Shown here: one piece after another, positions 52,215-64,000 of the stretch
Numbering within the stretch: the stretch's first letter is position 1
Layout of the letters: every line of letters begins with the position of its first letter
Source: Eledone cirrhosa
Lineage: Eukaryota
Assembly (NCBI GenBank): GCA_964016885.1
Contig: OZ024743.1
Coordinates: 52,204,001-52,268,000 of the forward strand
Length of the DNA: 64,000 nucleotides
Reading direction: 5' to 3'
Position numbers and translations under genes: made by a program
Notes under the pieces: model-generated
What the model was told of the DNA's origin: nothing
The model's input: only the letters and a program-made list of their open reading frames with translations
Database searches by the model: none

Positions 52215-52490
52215 AAGAACACCACCAACACAATCACCAACAACACCATCATCAACAACAACACCACAAACACCAATACCATCAACAAACTACCAATGAC
52301 ACCAACAACAACACCACCATCAACAACAACACCAACACAGTCATCAACAACACCATTACCAACACCATTACCACAAACACCATCACCACAATCAACGCCA
52401 ACACCATCATTGCCGCCGCCACTAACACCATCAACAAACTACCAATGACACCAACAACAACACCATCATCATCAGCAACACTGTCACCAA
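52215..52490. repeat. (CAA/CAC)n low-complexity repeat with an internal duplication
   Basis: CCATCAACAAACTACCAATGACACCAACAACAACACCA occurs twice. Confidence 0.85.
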
Positions 52491-53116
52491 TAATACCAAT
52501 AGCAGAGTCAATCAAACAATATCTTTCTACAGTGTGGAAGTACTCAATACCTGGTGTCAGAATAACTAAATCAATAAGATATACAATATAGATTGGATTG
52601 AAACAACTTCATAAGTGAGATTGTTTAGTGAAACAGTAAATAAGGAGGAGGGGGGGGGGGGTCTACTACTGTCTTCACATCACTACAAATGTATATTGAT
52701 AATCAATAAATATAATAATGTGTGTTTATGTATGAGTGTGTGTGTGTGAGTATCTGAGAGGAAGTCAATTCATGTGTATGTATGTTTGTTTGTGCATGTG
52801 TGTATGTGAGTTTTCATGTGTGTGTGAGAGTGTGTGCTGCTTATATTTACATATATGTGTGTACATGAGTGTCTATGAGGATATCAATACAAATACAGAA
52901 CCAAACGACTTAGCATGAAGGCCCTCTCATCACAAGTTTATATTTTGAAATTATAATCAAATTTTTTTATAATCATTTCAATTAATTAATTTGTGGATCT
53001 ACAGTGTTCCACTTAGCCCCACCCACCATACCCCACATGATATATTCCTATAAGTACAATAATACCTCACTGGCTTCCCAAGTAGTGCAGGCCCCTTCAG
53101 TTGGGTTCACACTTAA

Positions 53117-53640
53117 CCCTTTTGATACCAAGCCACTGGAAACTGCTCTTTGTTCTATGATATAAACTGTTTTTCTTAACCCTTTATCATTTAAACTGGC
53201 CATATCCGGCCAGAATTCTCTCACCTCTCTCTGTTCAAACAGGCCATAATTGGTCACTCATACTGATGTTAAGGTATTGTTCTCAAAATAAATAACAAAG
53301 ATCTCATGGATTTGATATTATGTGAGATAATTATATGAGGTAAAGCCTTTACTATAAACATACAATAGTCTATAAAGAGCAATGTAAATGCTAAAGGGTT
53401 AAAGTGTCTGGATTTATCTAAAACCTGTAATTATATGTAAGAACCTCAGTTGGTCTTGCTTAGTATCAAGGCAAATCATTTGGAGATAGTTGCTTCTGAT
53501 AGGACATACTGGAAGACATGTCTCAGGACTCTGCCCCCATCACACTTTCAGGAATAATTCCGTCCAAATTCTTGATTATTTTCACAATTAATTCAAAATC
53601 ATGGGCAGTATCTTTCATTAAAAATATGTTAATAAAAGGG
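53117..53640. mobile_element. piggyBac-type MITE family 2 with a family-1 MITE nested at an internal TTAA (53180-53398)
   Basis: Outer TTAA-CCCTTTTGATACC ... AAAAGGG-TTAA; inner TTAA-CCCTTTA ... TAAAGGG-TTAA. Confidence 0.7.
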
Positions 53641-54722
53641 TTAAATTGCATGTGTTTGCCTAAAAACACTCCATCATAATTTTATGAAAAAACCTTTGTC
53701 AACTTACATTCCAAACATCAACTTAATGAGAAAGTTGATTATTTTACTAAATCAATTTCAAATCCTAGATTATTTTCAAAATTATTAGAAAACTAGTGAC
53801 TTTCATTAGAAATATAGTAAGGAAAGGGTTAAAGTGTTTGTGGATTAGAACTCTTGCTCATGTTTCTATCTTATTATGCATGATTCTGCATGCATCTCTC
53901 TCTGTCTCTCTATTCACAGAGAGCTTATAGAAACAGCATTGGTTTAGCAACAAAAACAACTGCAATGATGTTATTTATATCATTATCATCATCGTTTAAC
54001 TTCCATTTTTCTATGCTAGCATGTGTTAGACGAGTTGTCCCATTGTGAGACAAGCGAGATCATATGACCATGTCTTACAGAACTGTTTCTTGGTTTCTAT
54101 GGCTGGATGCCCTTCCTAATGTCAATCCCATATAAATAATATATATATATATATACATATATATTATATATGTATCGTCATCATCATCATCACCATTTAG
54201 CGTCCATTTTCCATATATATATAACATGTATATATTATTATATATATATATCATCATCATCATCACCATGATCATCGTTTAAAGTCTATCTTCCACGGGT
54301 CATCCACATTGAGAGATAAGTCTGGCTGCTGTACCTTGCTCCAATGGGACTGTAAATTTGGCTGGGTATTTTATAGTTGGATGTCTTTCCTAACACGAAC
54401 CATATTTACAGTGTATCAACACCATCATCACCGTTTAATGTCCATGGTTCCATGGTTCCTAACAACAACCACAGTGTGGAACTGGATGGCACTGTCACGA
54501 GGAGGGACAGATCAGTTGTGCCATACCCTGCTCACATCAGAACAATACAAGGGTGGACCCACTACGAGGAATGTGTGGACAGTTAACCACAGCAAGCCTT
54601 ACTCATAAAGGAACCGTGTTACCAGGTGGTCCCGTTACTGGACAGTATGGCCTGATGGCCACGCTGTACCTTGCATATATCGGAACTGTTACTGCATTTT
54701 GGGATCTGGATGGTTGCATTAT

Positions 54723-54761
<39 letters not shown>

Positions 54762-54792
54762 CTCACTTAGTTCATTTATGCTTTGCCGTTCA

Positions 54793-55510
54793 CATGTAAT
54801 AGTAATGTACATGAACGGCAAAGCATAAATGAACTAAGTGAGAAATTAGGAATAAGAGGGATCAGATGCTGTTTTCTCGAGAGAAGACTGTGTTGGTATG
54901 GTCACTTGATGCACATGAAAGATGACAGCTGTATAAAAAAGTGCAGGGCGATCAAAATAGACGGAAGTTACGGAGTAGGTAGACCCAGAAAAACCTGGGA
55001 CAATTTGATAAATTCCGACCTTACACACTTACACCTCTCTAAGACAATGTCACTGGGCCGAGATCTTTGCCGCTACGCAGTAATACAGAAGTCCCGCCTT
55101 GCCTATGTACAAAGCAAAACCTACAGTCAGTAGGCACCTCTTAACCAAATATACACCCCAATCTACTACCCCTACTCCATCCTCCCACTCCCACCCTCTC
55201 TCTGTAAAGTTGGTACCACAACATCCAGTCCAAATAAATGAGATAATGAGATCGAGATCGAGATTGTGTAGGTGCCACGACAAAAAACACACAGTCCACG
55301 CTGTAATGTGGCCGTGTAGGTAACACGGTAAAAAGTTCCCAGTCCACACTGTAAATGTGGTTGGTGTTAGGAAGAGCATCCAGCCATAGAAAACCTGCCA
55401 GATAGTCCTATATGAACGAGACACGGTCACCCGACCAACATTGCCTCAAGTGGGACAACTCCCATCTAACCCATGCTAGCGTGGAAGATGGACGTTAAAC
55501 GATGATGATG
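54793..55510 (+). mobile_element. RTE family 2, 5'-truncated, with a fold-back at its 5' end
   Basis: Matches 46417-47130; 54758-54792 is the reverse complement of 54812-54846. Confidence 0.9.
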
Positions 55511-55554
55511 ATATATATATATATAGTTACACTTTCAAAAACTAAGTATATCAT

Positions 55555-55887
55555 CATTTCATTTTTACGTCCGCTTTTTCCCTGCTCGCAAGGGTGGGAC
55601 GGGAACTGATTTTGGCTTGGTTTCTACAGCTGGATGCCCTTCCTAACACCAACCTCATTTACAGTGAGTGCTGGGTGCTTTTTTGCCGTGGCACCTGCAC
55701 GACCACTTTACAGTGGAATGATATGGACCCCAGTCCCTATCATCTCATTTCTACAGCTGAGTAAACTGGAGCAATGTGAAATAAAGTGTCTTGCTCAAGG
55801 AAACAACACATCACCCAGTCTGAGAATTAAACTCACAACCTTTTGATTGCAAGGCCAATGCTTTAACCACTAAGCCATGTGCCTTCA
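55555..55887 (-). mobile_element. tRNA-head / CORE-like body / RTE-tail SINE, family B
   Basis: Reverse complement of 55997-56330; further copies at ~57270-57650 and ~59900-60236. Confidence 0.88.
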
Positions 55888-55996
55888 TATTATACATATA
55901 TACATATATTTATATATATGTATATATATAAATATATCAAAGGTATATATTGAGTTAGAAACTCAAAATAGTCTCTTACAATTAAATAGCTCAAGG

Positions 55997-56330
55997 AGGC
56001 ACATGGCTTAGTGGTTAGAGCATTGGCCTTGCAATCGAAAGGTTGTGAGTTCAATTCTCAGACCGGCTGATGTGTTGTTTCCTTGAGCAAGACACTTTAT
56101 TTCACATTGCTCCAGTTTACTCAGCTGTAGAAATGAGATGATAGGGACTGGGGTTCCTATCATTCCACTACAAAGTGGTCGTGGAGGTGCCACGGCAAAA
56201 AAGCACCCAGCACTCACTGTAAATGAGGTTGGTGTTAGGAAGGGCATCCAGCTGTAGAAATCATGCCAGAATCAGTTCCCGTCCCACCCTTGCAAACAGG
56301 GAAAAGTGGACGTAAAATGAAATGAATGAA
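55997..56330 (+). mobile_element. SINE family B
   Basis: A box TGGCTTAGTGG, B box GTTCAATTC, CCTTGAGCAAGACACTT body. Tail CCCTTGCAAACAGGGAAAAGTGGACG is shared with the RTE family 1 3' end (63685-63710). Confidence 0.9.
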
Positions 56331-56466
56331 ATGAAGTAAAGAAACTTTTCTGGGCCGTGTAATATAATTGAATATAAAAGAGAGATAAACACAGATATAT
56401 ACATATATCTGTTCAAATTGTATTCAGTCTTCTGAGATACTTACAAGTGAAGGGTTTACTAATTTC

Positions 56467-56547
56467 ACACCCATTGATGAGAAAAAGAATTGGTAATTCC
56501 CTATCACTAAATTTGCGAAACAGCATTACAAAAAACTGTCTGGGTGT
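56467..56547 (+). ncRNA. Type I hammerhead ribozyme (C3U variant) inside an inverted-repeat-flanked element (56360-56704)
   Basis: Stem I ACACCCA/TGGGTGT; core TTGATGA; GAAA at 56517-56520; stem III CAG/CTG; cleavage triplet GTC ending at 56540. Confidence 0.75.
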
Positions 56548-58981
56548 CTGACAGTTGTCGCAATTTTGGTTTGTATTTCTTTTCTGGCAAACCCTATTGT
56601 TCATAGTTAGTATTCTTTTCACCTTAGCGAATCTGGTATCTTACGATTTGAACACATATATGTATATATCTGTGTTTATCTCTCTTTTATATTCAATTAT
56701 ATTATATATATATATAAGAGATGGCAACTTGAATAGACCTGTTCTGCCACTGTCCACTCTCTTCTATCTTTCTATTTCTTCTTTTTTCTGATGAAGGACT
56801 AGCATCTGAAAAATGTAAGACTCTTTTCCTTCTATATCAAGTGTAAAACTATTATGTTTCTAAGCTCAATGTGTTTATGTCATGATAGATAGAAATATAG
56901 AAGATGTTTCAGAAAAGAGGAAATATGTAACAAATTAAAATAATAAAAAAGAATTCTTAAAACATTCAATGATTTTACAAATGTTTCAGTGAGGAACTGG
57001 ATGCCACTATTATGAGGAGGGACAGGTCAATTGGTCACACCATACCCTGCTCATAGCAGAACCATAGTTTGGGAAGTCTCTGCCATTGGTTGCGCCAAGC
57101 CTTAGTGGAACCGTGTTACTGGAAAGTCTGACCAGATGGCCATGTTGTGCCATAATATCGGAACTGTTGCTGTGATTTAGGATCTGGGTGGTACCATTAT
57201 GAGGAAGGTCTAACCATTTGGTTGCACCAAGCCTTACTCATAGTAGAACCCTGGGTGGCGCTGTTATGCATCACCGTTTTACGTCCGTTCTTCCACGCCA
57301 GCATGGGTTAGATGGGTTGTCCTGTTGTGCGCAGTGTCCAGTCGGCTGACCTTGTCTTGCTCATACGGAAACTGATTCTGGCTTGATTTCTACAGCTGGA
57401 TGCCCTTCCTAACACCAACCTCATTTACAGTGAGTGCTGGGAGCTTTTTTGCCATGGCATCACCACGACCACTTTGCAGTGGAATGATAGGGACCCCAGT
57501 CCCATCATCTCATTTCTACAGCTGAGTAAACTGGAGCAATGTGAAATAAAGTGTCTTGCTCAAGGAAACAACACATCACCCGGTCTGATAATTGAACTCA
57601 CAACCTTTCGATTGCAAGCCCAATGCTCTAACCACTAAGCCATGTGTCTCCATATATGTGTGTGTGTGTGTGTGTGGGGGGGGGGGTACATATATATATA
57701 CATATGTTTATTGTGTGTGGCACCTTGGGCAAGTGTCTTCTCTTATAATGTAAAGCTGAAGAGTGCCTTATGAGCTAATTTGGTATGGAGAGTGTGAAGT
57801 GTGCCCACATGTGTGTATAGGAATAGAAATAACAATGAATGGTTGAATGTATTCTTCAGACTAAATGGGAATATGAAGTGACTGTGTAATCCAGTATTGA
57901 TTTAGTGTGGGAAACTGTGGAAAGTACACATGGCCTATAGTGGTTGGGAGATGGAGGGAGGGGGGGGGGGCAGATATAGGAGGGAGGGAGAAGGATATAA
58001 TGCAAAAGTGAGGGAGGATAAAGAGGGGGGGGCTGGATAAGCAGGGTGAGGGAGAAGGATATAGAAGAGGAAGGAGGGAGGAGGATAAAAAGAAGAAGAG
58101 ACAGAAGAATATATAGGAGAATGAAAGATAAGGAAGGGGTTACTGGTTAACAGGTTTTATTTGGATGGTGGAAGTAGGCAGTCCTTAACCTGGCTGTGTG
58201 CCAGAAGATAGGAAGCTCCACTACATCCAATATAGATCTGGATTAGGATTGGGTTATAGAGCAGTCACCTAGATATACAGACATAATTTTAGCCAGAGAT
58301 ATATCTTAGCTGTAGTCTTAGGTCTTCCCATGCCCCAAGGTGCACAAGGTTGCAAACTTCCATCAACACCGTCAATCTACTGCAGTTCTTCCCACACCTG
58401 TCTATCTAATTCCTGTGTGTCTGATGTGCTCCTGAAATGTTTGGCATCAGGTATTCCTGTGTCAGCCTCTCCACTACTTTCCCTTCTTCAGCATCCATAG
58501 TGCCAAGTGACTGGCAGTTACCAAATATGACTGTGATAACCAATACAACCCATGTTAGCATGAAAAGTAGATGTAAAATTATAATTGTTTCTGCTTTAGG
58601 CACAAGGTCAGCAATTTTGGGGGAGGGGAAATTCTATTAAATCGACCCCAGTGCATTACCGGTACTTTATTTTATCAACCTCATAAGGATGAAAGGGAAA
58701 GCTAACCTCACTGGGATCTGAACTCAGACCATAAAGGGCTGTAACTTTATGCTGCAAAGCATGGCGTAGCACAGTTTCACAATATAATTACTTGAGTAAA
58801 AACTCAAGGTAGAAACAGAAAGTAATCTCAGTAATATAATAAATATATCTGTAGTGTAGTAGATATATCAACTGTATGGTAGTGAGACATAGAAGATGGT
58901 TAAGAAGCAAACCTTCATCTTGCTCATTACATTCCATATTTGATATGGTTTCTATGGCCAGATGCCCTTCTTAATGTCAAC

Positions 58982-59288
58982 CACTTTACAGAGTGTCATT
59001 TTATCATGACACCAGCACTACCACTTTATAGAATATACTAGGTGCATTTTATGATGACACCAGCACTACCACTTTATAGAATGTACTAGGTCCATTTTAT
59101 CATGACACCAGCACTACCTCTTTATAGAATATACTAGGTGCATTTTATCATGACACCAACACTACCACTTTATAGAATGTACTAGATGCATTTTTTCATG
59201 ACACCGGCACTATAACTTTATAAAAAGTACTAGATGCATTTTATCATGACACCGGCACTATAACTTTATAGAAAGTACTAGATGCATT
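58982..59288. repeat. 48-bp minisatellite, ~6 copies, SINE-derived
   Basis: Unit CCACTTTATAGAATATACTAGGTGCATTTTATCATGACACCAGCACTA follows the GATGCCCTTC module and is related to the 10.9-kb unit. Confidence 0.85.
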
Positions 59289-59346
59289 TAAAGTGAATTA
59301 ACAGTTTTTGTGTTTTTTTGGAATGGATAAATTCTTCCACAATGTA

Positions 59347-59404
<58 letters not shown>

Positions 59405-59459
59405 ACCCATGCTAGTGTGGAAGATAGACGTTAAACCATGATGATATATATTTATATGA

Positions 59460-59752
59460 AGCTGAAGCATATAGACAATATGCCCCCACACCCTCCCACT
59501 GCAAAGTGGTCGTGGAGGTGCCACGACAAAAATGCACCCAGCTCAAACTGTAAAGTGGATGTGTAGGCGCCACGGAAAAAAAGCACCCAGATCTCACTGT
59601 AAATGAGGTTGGTGTTAGGAAGGGCAATCAAGCCAGAATCACTTACCGTATGAGCAAGACAAGGTCAGCCAACCGGACACTGCCCACAATAGGACAACCC
59701 GTCTAACCCATGCTAGTGTGGAAGAACGGATGTAAAACGGTGATGATGATGA

Positions 59753-59756
<4 letters not shown>
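59460..59756 (+). mobile_element. RTE family 3 3'-UTR copy (similar at ~20835-21066)
   Basis: AAGCATATAGACAATATGCCCCCACACCCTCCCACT...(GAT)n matches 47362-47625. Confidence 0.8.
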
Positions 59757-59785
<29 letters not shown>

Positions 59786-60237
59786 TAGATATATATATGT
59801 GTCTAATGGTGGTAGCTAAGATGCTTCCATAGGCAGTATGCCAGTTGAGTACTCTATGCCCTTACAGAGCAGAGTATGATATAATAGATCATCATCATCA
59901 TCATTTCATTTTTCATTTTACGTCCACCCCTCCCTGCTTGCAAGGGTGGGACGGGAACTGATTCTGGCTTGATTTCTACAGCTGGATGCCCTTCCTAACA
60001 CCAACCTCATTTACAGTGAGTGCTGGGTGCTTTTTTGACGTGGCACCTCCACGACCACTTTGCAGTGGAATGATATGGACCCCAGTCCTATCATCTCATT
60101 TCTACAGCTGAGTAAACTGGAGCAATGTGAAATAAAGTGTCTTGCTCAAGGAAACAACACATCACCCGGTCTGAGAATTGAACTCACAACCTTTCGATTG
60201 CAAGGCCAATGCTCTAACCACTAAGCCATGTGCCTCC

Positions 60238-60268
<31 letters not shown>

Positions 60269-60269
60269 A

Positions 60270-63200
60270 TAAGACAACTTCCCTAGTGCTGGTGGCACGA
60301 ATAAAAGCACCCAGTCCATGCTGTAAAATGGAGGGGTGGTTAGGGCCCCTGAGTCCAGTAAGACGACCTCTCTAGTGCTGGTGGCACGAATAAAAGCACC
60401 CAGTCCATGCTGTAAAGTGGTGCTGGTTTTAGGAAGGGCATCCAACCATTATAATAAAAAGCCAAAATTATGAGCACAACAAATAAGAATTGCAACAACT
60501 GCGTCAACAGCAATAACACTAACCATGTTAGGGCTGTGCACGGTAGTGGGGTAGCTGGTGCAGCCATGTGCAAGAACCCCCCGACCGTCATCAAGCAATC
60601 GCACAAAAACAACTGCGTAAACAGCGATAACACTAACGAGGCAAAGGCTGCGCACGATAGTGGGGTGGCTATGTGTGAGAACCCCACGACCGTCATCAAG
60701 CAATCCCACAACAGGAAAAAGAACAGGATGTCGCATCTCAGAGTTGCCACACTTAATGTTGGCACTCTAACAGGTAGATATGGTGAGATAGCAGAGATGC
60801 TGGAGAGAAGGCATGTGGATGTGTGCTGTGTGCAAGAGGTGAGATGGAGAGGTGCCTCTGCAAGACTAATCGCAGGCAAACATCGTAGTTATAAGCTTTT
60901 CTAGGTGGGTAATGATGATGGGTTAGGTGGGGTGGGCATATTACTGGCTGAGAGATGGATCAATAAGACGATAGGGGTAGTTAGAGTTAGTAGTAGAATA
61001 ATTAAGCTTAGGTTACTTGTAGGCAAGAGACTACTGACAATCATCTCTGCCTATGCTCCCCAGGCAGGCCTAGGTAAAGAAGAGAAAGACGTCTTTTACA
61101 GCCTCAATGACAGAGGACAGAGACATCGTTATGCTAGCAGGGGACTTCAATGGACATTTTGGACAGCTCCAGGATGGATACACTGGGGTACATGGTGGGC
61201 ACGGTTACGGCTCAAGAAATGAAGGAGTGAGGCTTCTTGAATTTTGTGATGCAAATGCACTAACCATTTGCAACACTAACTTCCAGAAGCCTACCAACCA
61301 CCTAATAACCTACAAATCAGGCGAGCACATAAGCCATATTGACTTCCTGCTAGTTAGACAGCGAGACAGATGGGTGGTGTCAAATACTAAGGCTTAACCT
61401 GGGGAAGAATGTACCCCACAGCATAGGTTAGTCGTTAGTGACATCTCAGTAAGCAAGAAAAAGAATTAGACATACAGCAAGGTGTGGAAAAGAAAGGTCT
61501 GGAAGCTAAAAGAACTTTCATTAAAATATAAATTTAGCAAAGCCCTTCAAGATGCGTACAACAAAAAAGAAGACGATTTAGAGTTGTATGACATAGATGA
61601 TAACTGGCATTTCTTGCGTGACAACTTACTGCAGGCTACTGAAGAAACTTGTGGCTGGGGCAGAGCTTCCACCAGACAGAGAGTGACCTGGTGGTGGAAC
61701 AACACGGTAGATAGGGCCATTAGAGACAAAAGACTGGCATGGAAAGCTTGGATAAATGGTGAGAGTAGAGACGGATACACAGCCGCTAAGAGAGAAGCTA
61801 GACGTCAGGTGTACTTAGAACGCAGGGAGGCTGAGAGTAGGAAGTGTGCCAATGTTCTGCGACGGGAAGATCAGAGACAGGCGGTGTTCCACATTGCAAG
61901 GCAGTGTGTCAGTGCAAATCAGGATGTTGTTGGAGATAAATGTGTCCGGAATGATGCCGGTGTACTTAGTGTCACGAATGATCAAAAGAAGGAAGCCTGG
62001 AAATGTCATTATGAGAGACTGATGAATGTAGAGAATGAATGGGACAGAGAGGAATTACCCCCAGTAGACCCGACAGAGGGACCAGCTATTGAGATTGACG
62101 AATATAGACAATTAAGGAAATGAAGAATGGTAAGACTGCTGGGACATCGGGGATAGTTGCTGAGATGCTGAATGCATCAGGAGAAGTAGGCAATAAACTA
62201 GTTGCATGCATCATTAATCAAGCTATATATGGTGGTGTCATATCCAAAGACTGGTGCAGCAGTATTCTCATAAATTGCTACAAAGGAAAAGGGGATGCTC
62301 AAGAGAGGAGCAATTATAGAGGTATAAAACTGATGGATCAGGCTATGAAAGTGGCAGAGAGAATATTAGCGCAACTGATTAGAGAAAGGGTCAATTTTGA
62401 TGAGATGCAGTTTGGTTTTGTACCTCGGAAAAGTACAACAGATGCCCTCTTCATAGTGAGGCAACTACAAGAGAGGTTCCTAGAGAAGAATAAGCCACTA
62501 TACTTAGCTTTTTTGACCTAGAGAAGGCCTTTGATAGGGTCCCCAATCTGTCATCTGGTGGTCCCTAAGGACACTAGGGGTAGAGGAATGGCTTGTGAGG
62601 ACAATGCAAGCTATGTACTGGGTGGTGTCAGTAAAGTGAGAATAGGAATGGTGTTTAGTGAGGAATTCCAGATACAAGTAGGTGTATATCGAGGTTCTGT
62701 CCTCAGCCCACTCTTGTTCATTATAGTCCTCCAAGCCATAACAGAGGAGTTTAAGACTGGATGCCAATGGGAACTTCTTTATGCTGATGATCTGGTTCTT
62801 ATAGCAGAATCAGTAAAGGAGCTAGAGAATAAATTCTGGCTATGGAAACAGCAGTTGGAATCAAGAGGACAGAGTAAACATAGCTAAAACAAAGGCGTTG
62901 ATAAGTAGAAGAGAGGACAATACTCTGATTCCATCAGGGAAATGGCAATGTTCGATATGTAGGAAAGGAACTGGCATAAATTCCATAAAATGTATGCAAT
63001 GCAGATCTTGGGTACACAAGAGATGTAGTGGGATAGTAGGCAAACTAACAGGTAGGGAAAACTATGTATGCAGTAGATGTACAGGGAAAGTTGGCAGTAG
63101 TAATCACTGTGATAGACTCATTTTTCCAATGCAGGTGGGTTCTATAAAAGTGGTTGATAGCTTCCGGTACCTAGGTGATCAGATTAGCATGGGAGGGGGG

Positions 63201-63721
63201 GGGTCCGAGGCCATAGTATCTAGAATAAGGACGGGTTGGAAGCAGTTTAGGGAGCTGCTCCCTCTGTTGACAAAGAAGGGTTTCTCCCTGTGTACGAAAG
63301 GACGGTTATATGATGCCTGTGTGAGATGCGTGATGCTGCATGGTAGTGAGACATGGGCAGCAACTGCAGAAGATATGCGACGGCTGGAGAGAAATGAAGC
63401 ATAGACGAGTTGAGAAAGAAACTGGGTATAAGAGGGATAAGTTGTGGTGTGCAGGAGAGAAGGCTGAGATGGTATGGACATGTGATGCGCATGGAGGATA
63501 ACCAATGGGAGAAGAAGTGCCAGGAAGTCCCATTGGAAGGAAAACGCAGTAGAGGTCGACTACGACCACGAAAAACATGGGCGGAGATAGTGAGAGCAGA
63601 CCTCAGATCGCTGAAACTCACGGAGGAGATGACAAAGGATCATGATGGGTGGAGAGATGCTGTGCTGAATAGGACCCGCGCCACCCTTGCAAGCAGGGAA
63701 AAGTGGACATATGATGATGAT
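60270..63721 (+). mobile_element. Near-full-length RTE LINE family 1 with multiple stops and frameshifts
   Basis: ATLNVGTL, CVQEVRW, GDFNGH, QFGF, LYADD, C4HC3-like finger, LRWYGHV. Stops at ~60902 and ~61395, deletion near 63400, (GAT)n tail. Confidence 0.95.
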
Positions 63722-63935
63722 TACTAACTGAATACACACATGCTTTTTATCAAAAAATGTTTTTCTGTTTCTTCTCACTCTCTTTCTATTTCATCTTTTA
63801 TTTCTCATTCTATCTTCTGATAAAGTACTAGTGTCCAAAATTATTAAGACTCTTTTCCTACAATATTAAGCATTAAACTAATATATTTCTTCATTGACTG
63901 TGTGTTTGCTTTGTTGTTCCTGTTTACTTTTTGTA

Positions 63936-63990
<55 letters not shown>

Positions 63991-64000
63991 TCATCATCAT

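Noticed and set aside
55997-56070. tRNA gene
   Set aside because: tRNA-derived SINE head without a full cloverleaf; continues into SINE body.
58320-58480. Ancient RTE 3' end on the minus strand
   Set aside because: Only faint similarity; too degenerate to list as a feature.

Overview
Repeat-rich, AT-rich eukaryotic genomic DNA. The SINE/RTE repertoire and microsatellite load look like a coleoid cephalopod, probably Octopus (inference from recalled repeat families, not a database hit). One host gene is well supported: the 5' part of tubulin polyglutamylase TTLL5 on the minus strand. I assembled eight coding exons by hand (16380 down to 698), all with GT-AG boundaries and consistent phases; the gene continues off the left edge. 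A palindromic RFX X-box at ~31.76 kb may mark its promoter. The rest is mobile DNA: two near-full-length decayed RTE LINEs plus fragments, two Penelope-like element (PLE) lineages, a CR1 fragment, TTAA-flanked piggyBac-type MITEs, a Helitron-like element, several SINE families, and long minisatellites, several clearly expanded from TE segments. The most interesting signals are (i) hammerhead-ribozyme (HHR) motifs in short PLE/retrozyme-like elements, (ii) recurrent fold-back palindromes at retroelement ends, one centred on a putative HHR stem II, (iii) RTE LINEs whose 3' UTR carries a module found in the 5' UTR of another RTE family and in SINEs, and (iv) tandem decoy copies of a TTLL5 splice acceptor. 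Most ORFs in the supplied track are repeat artefacts. TE boundaries are approximate.
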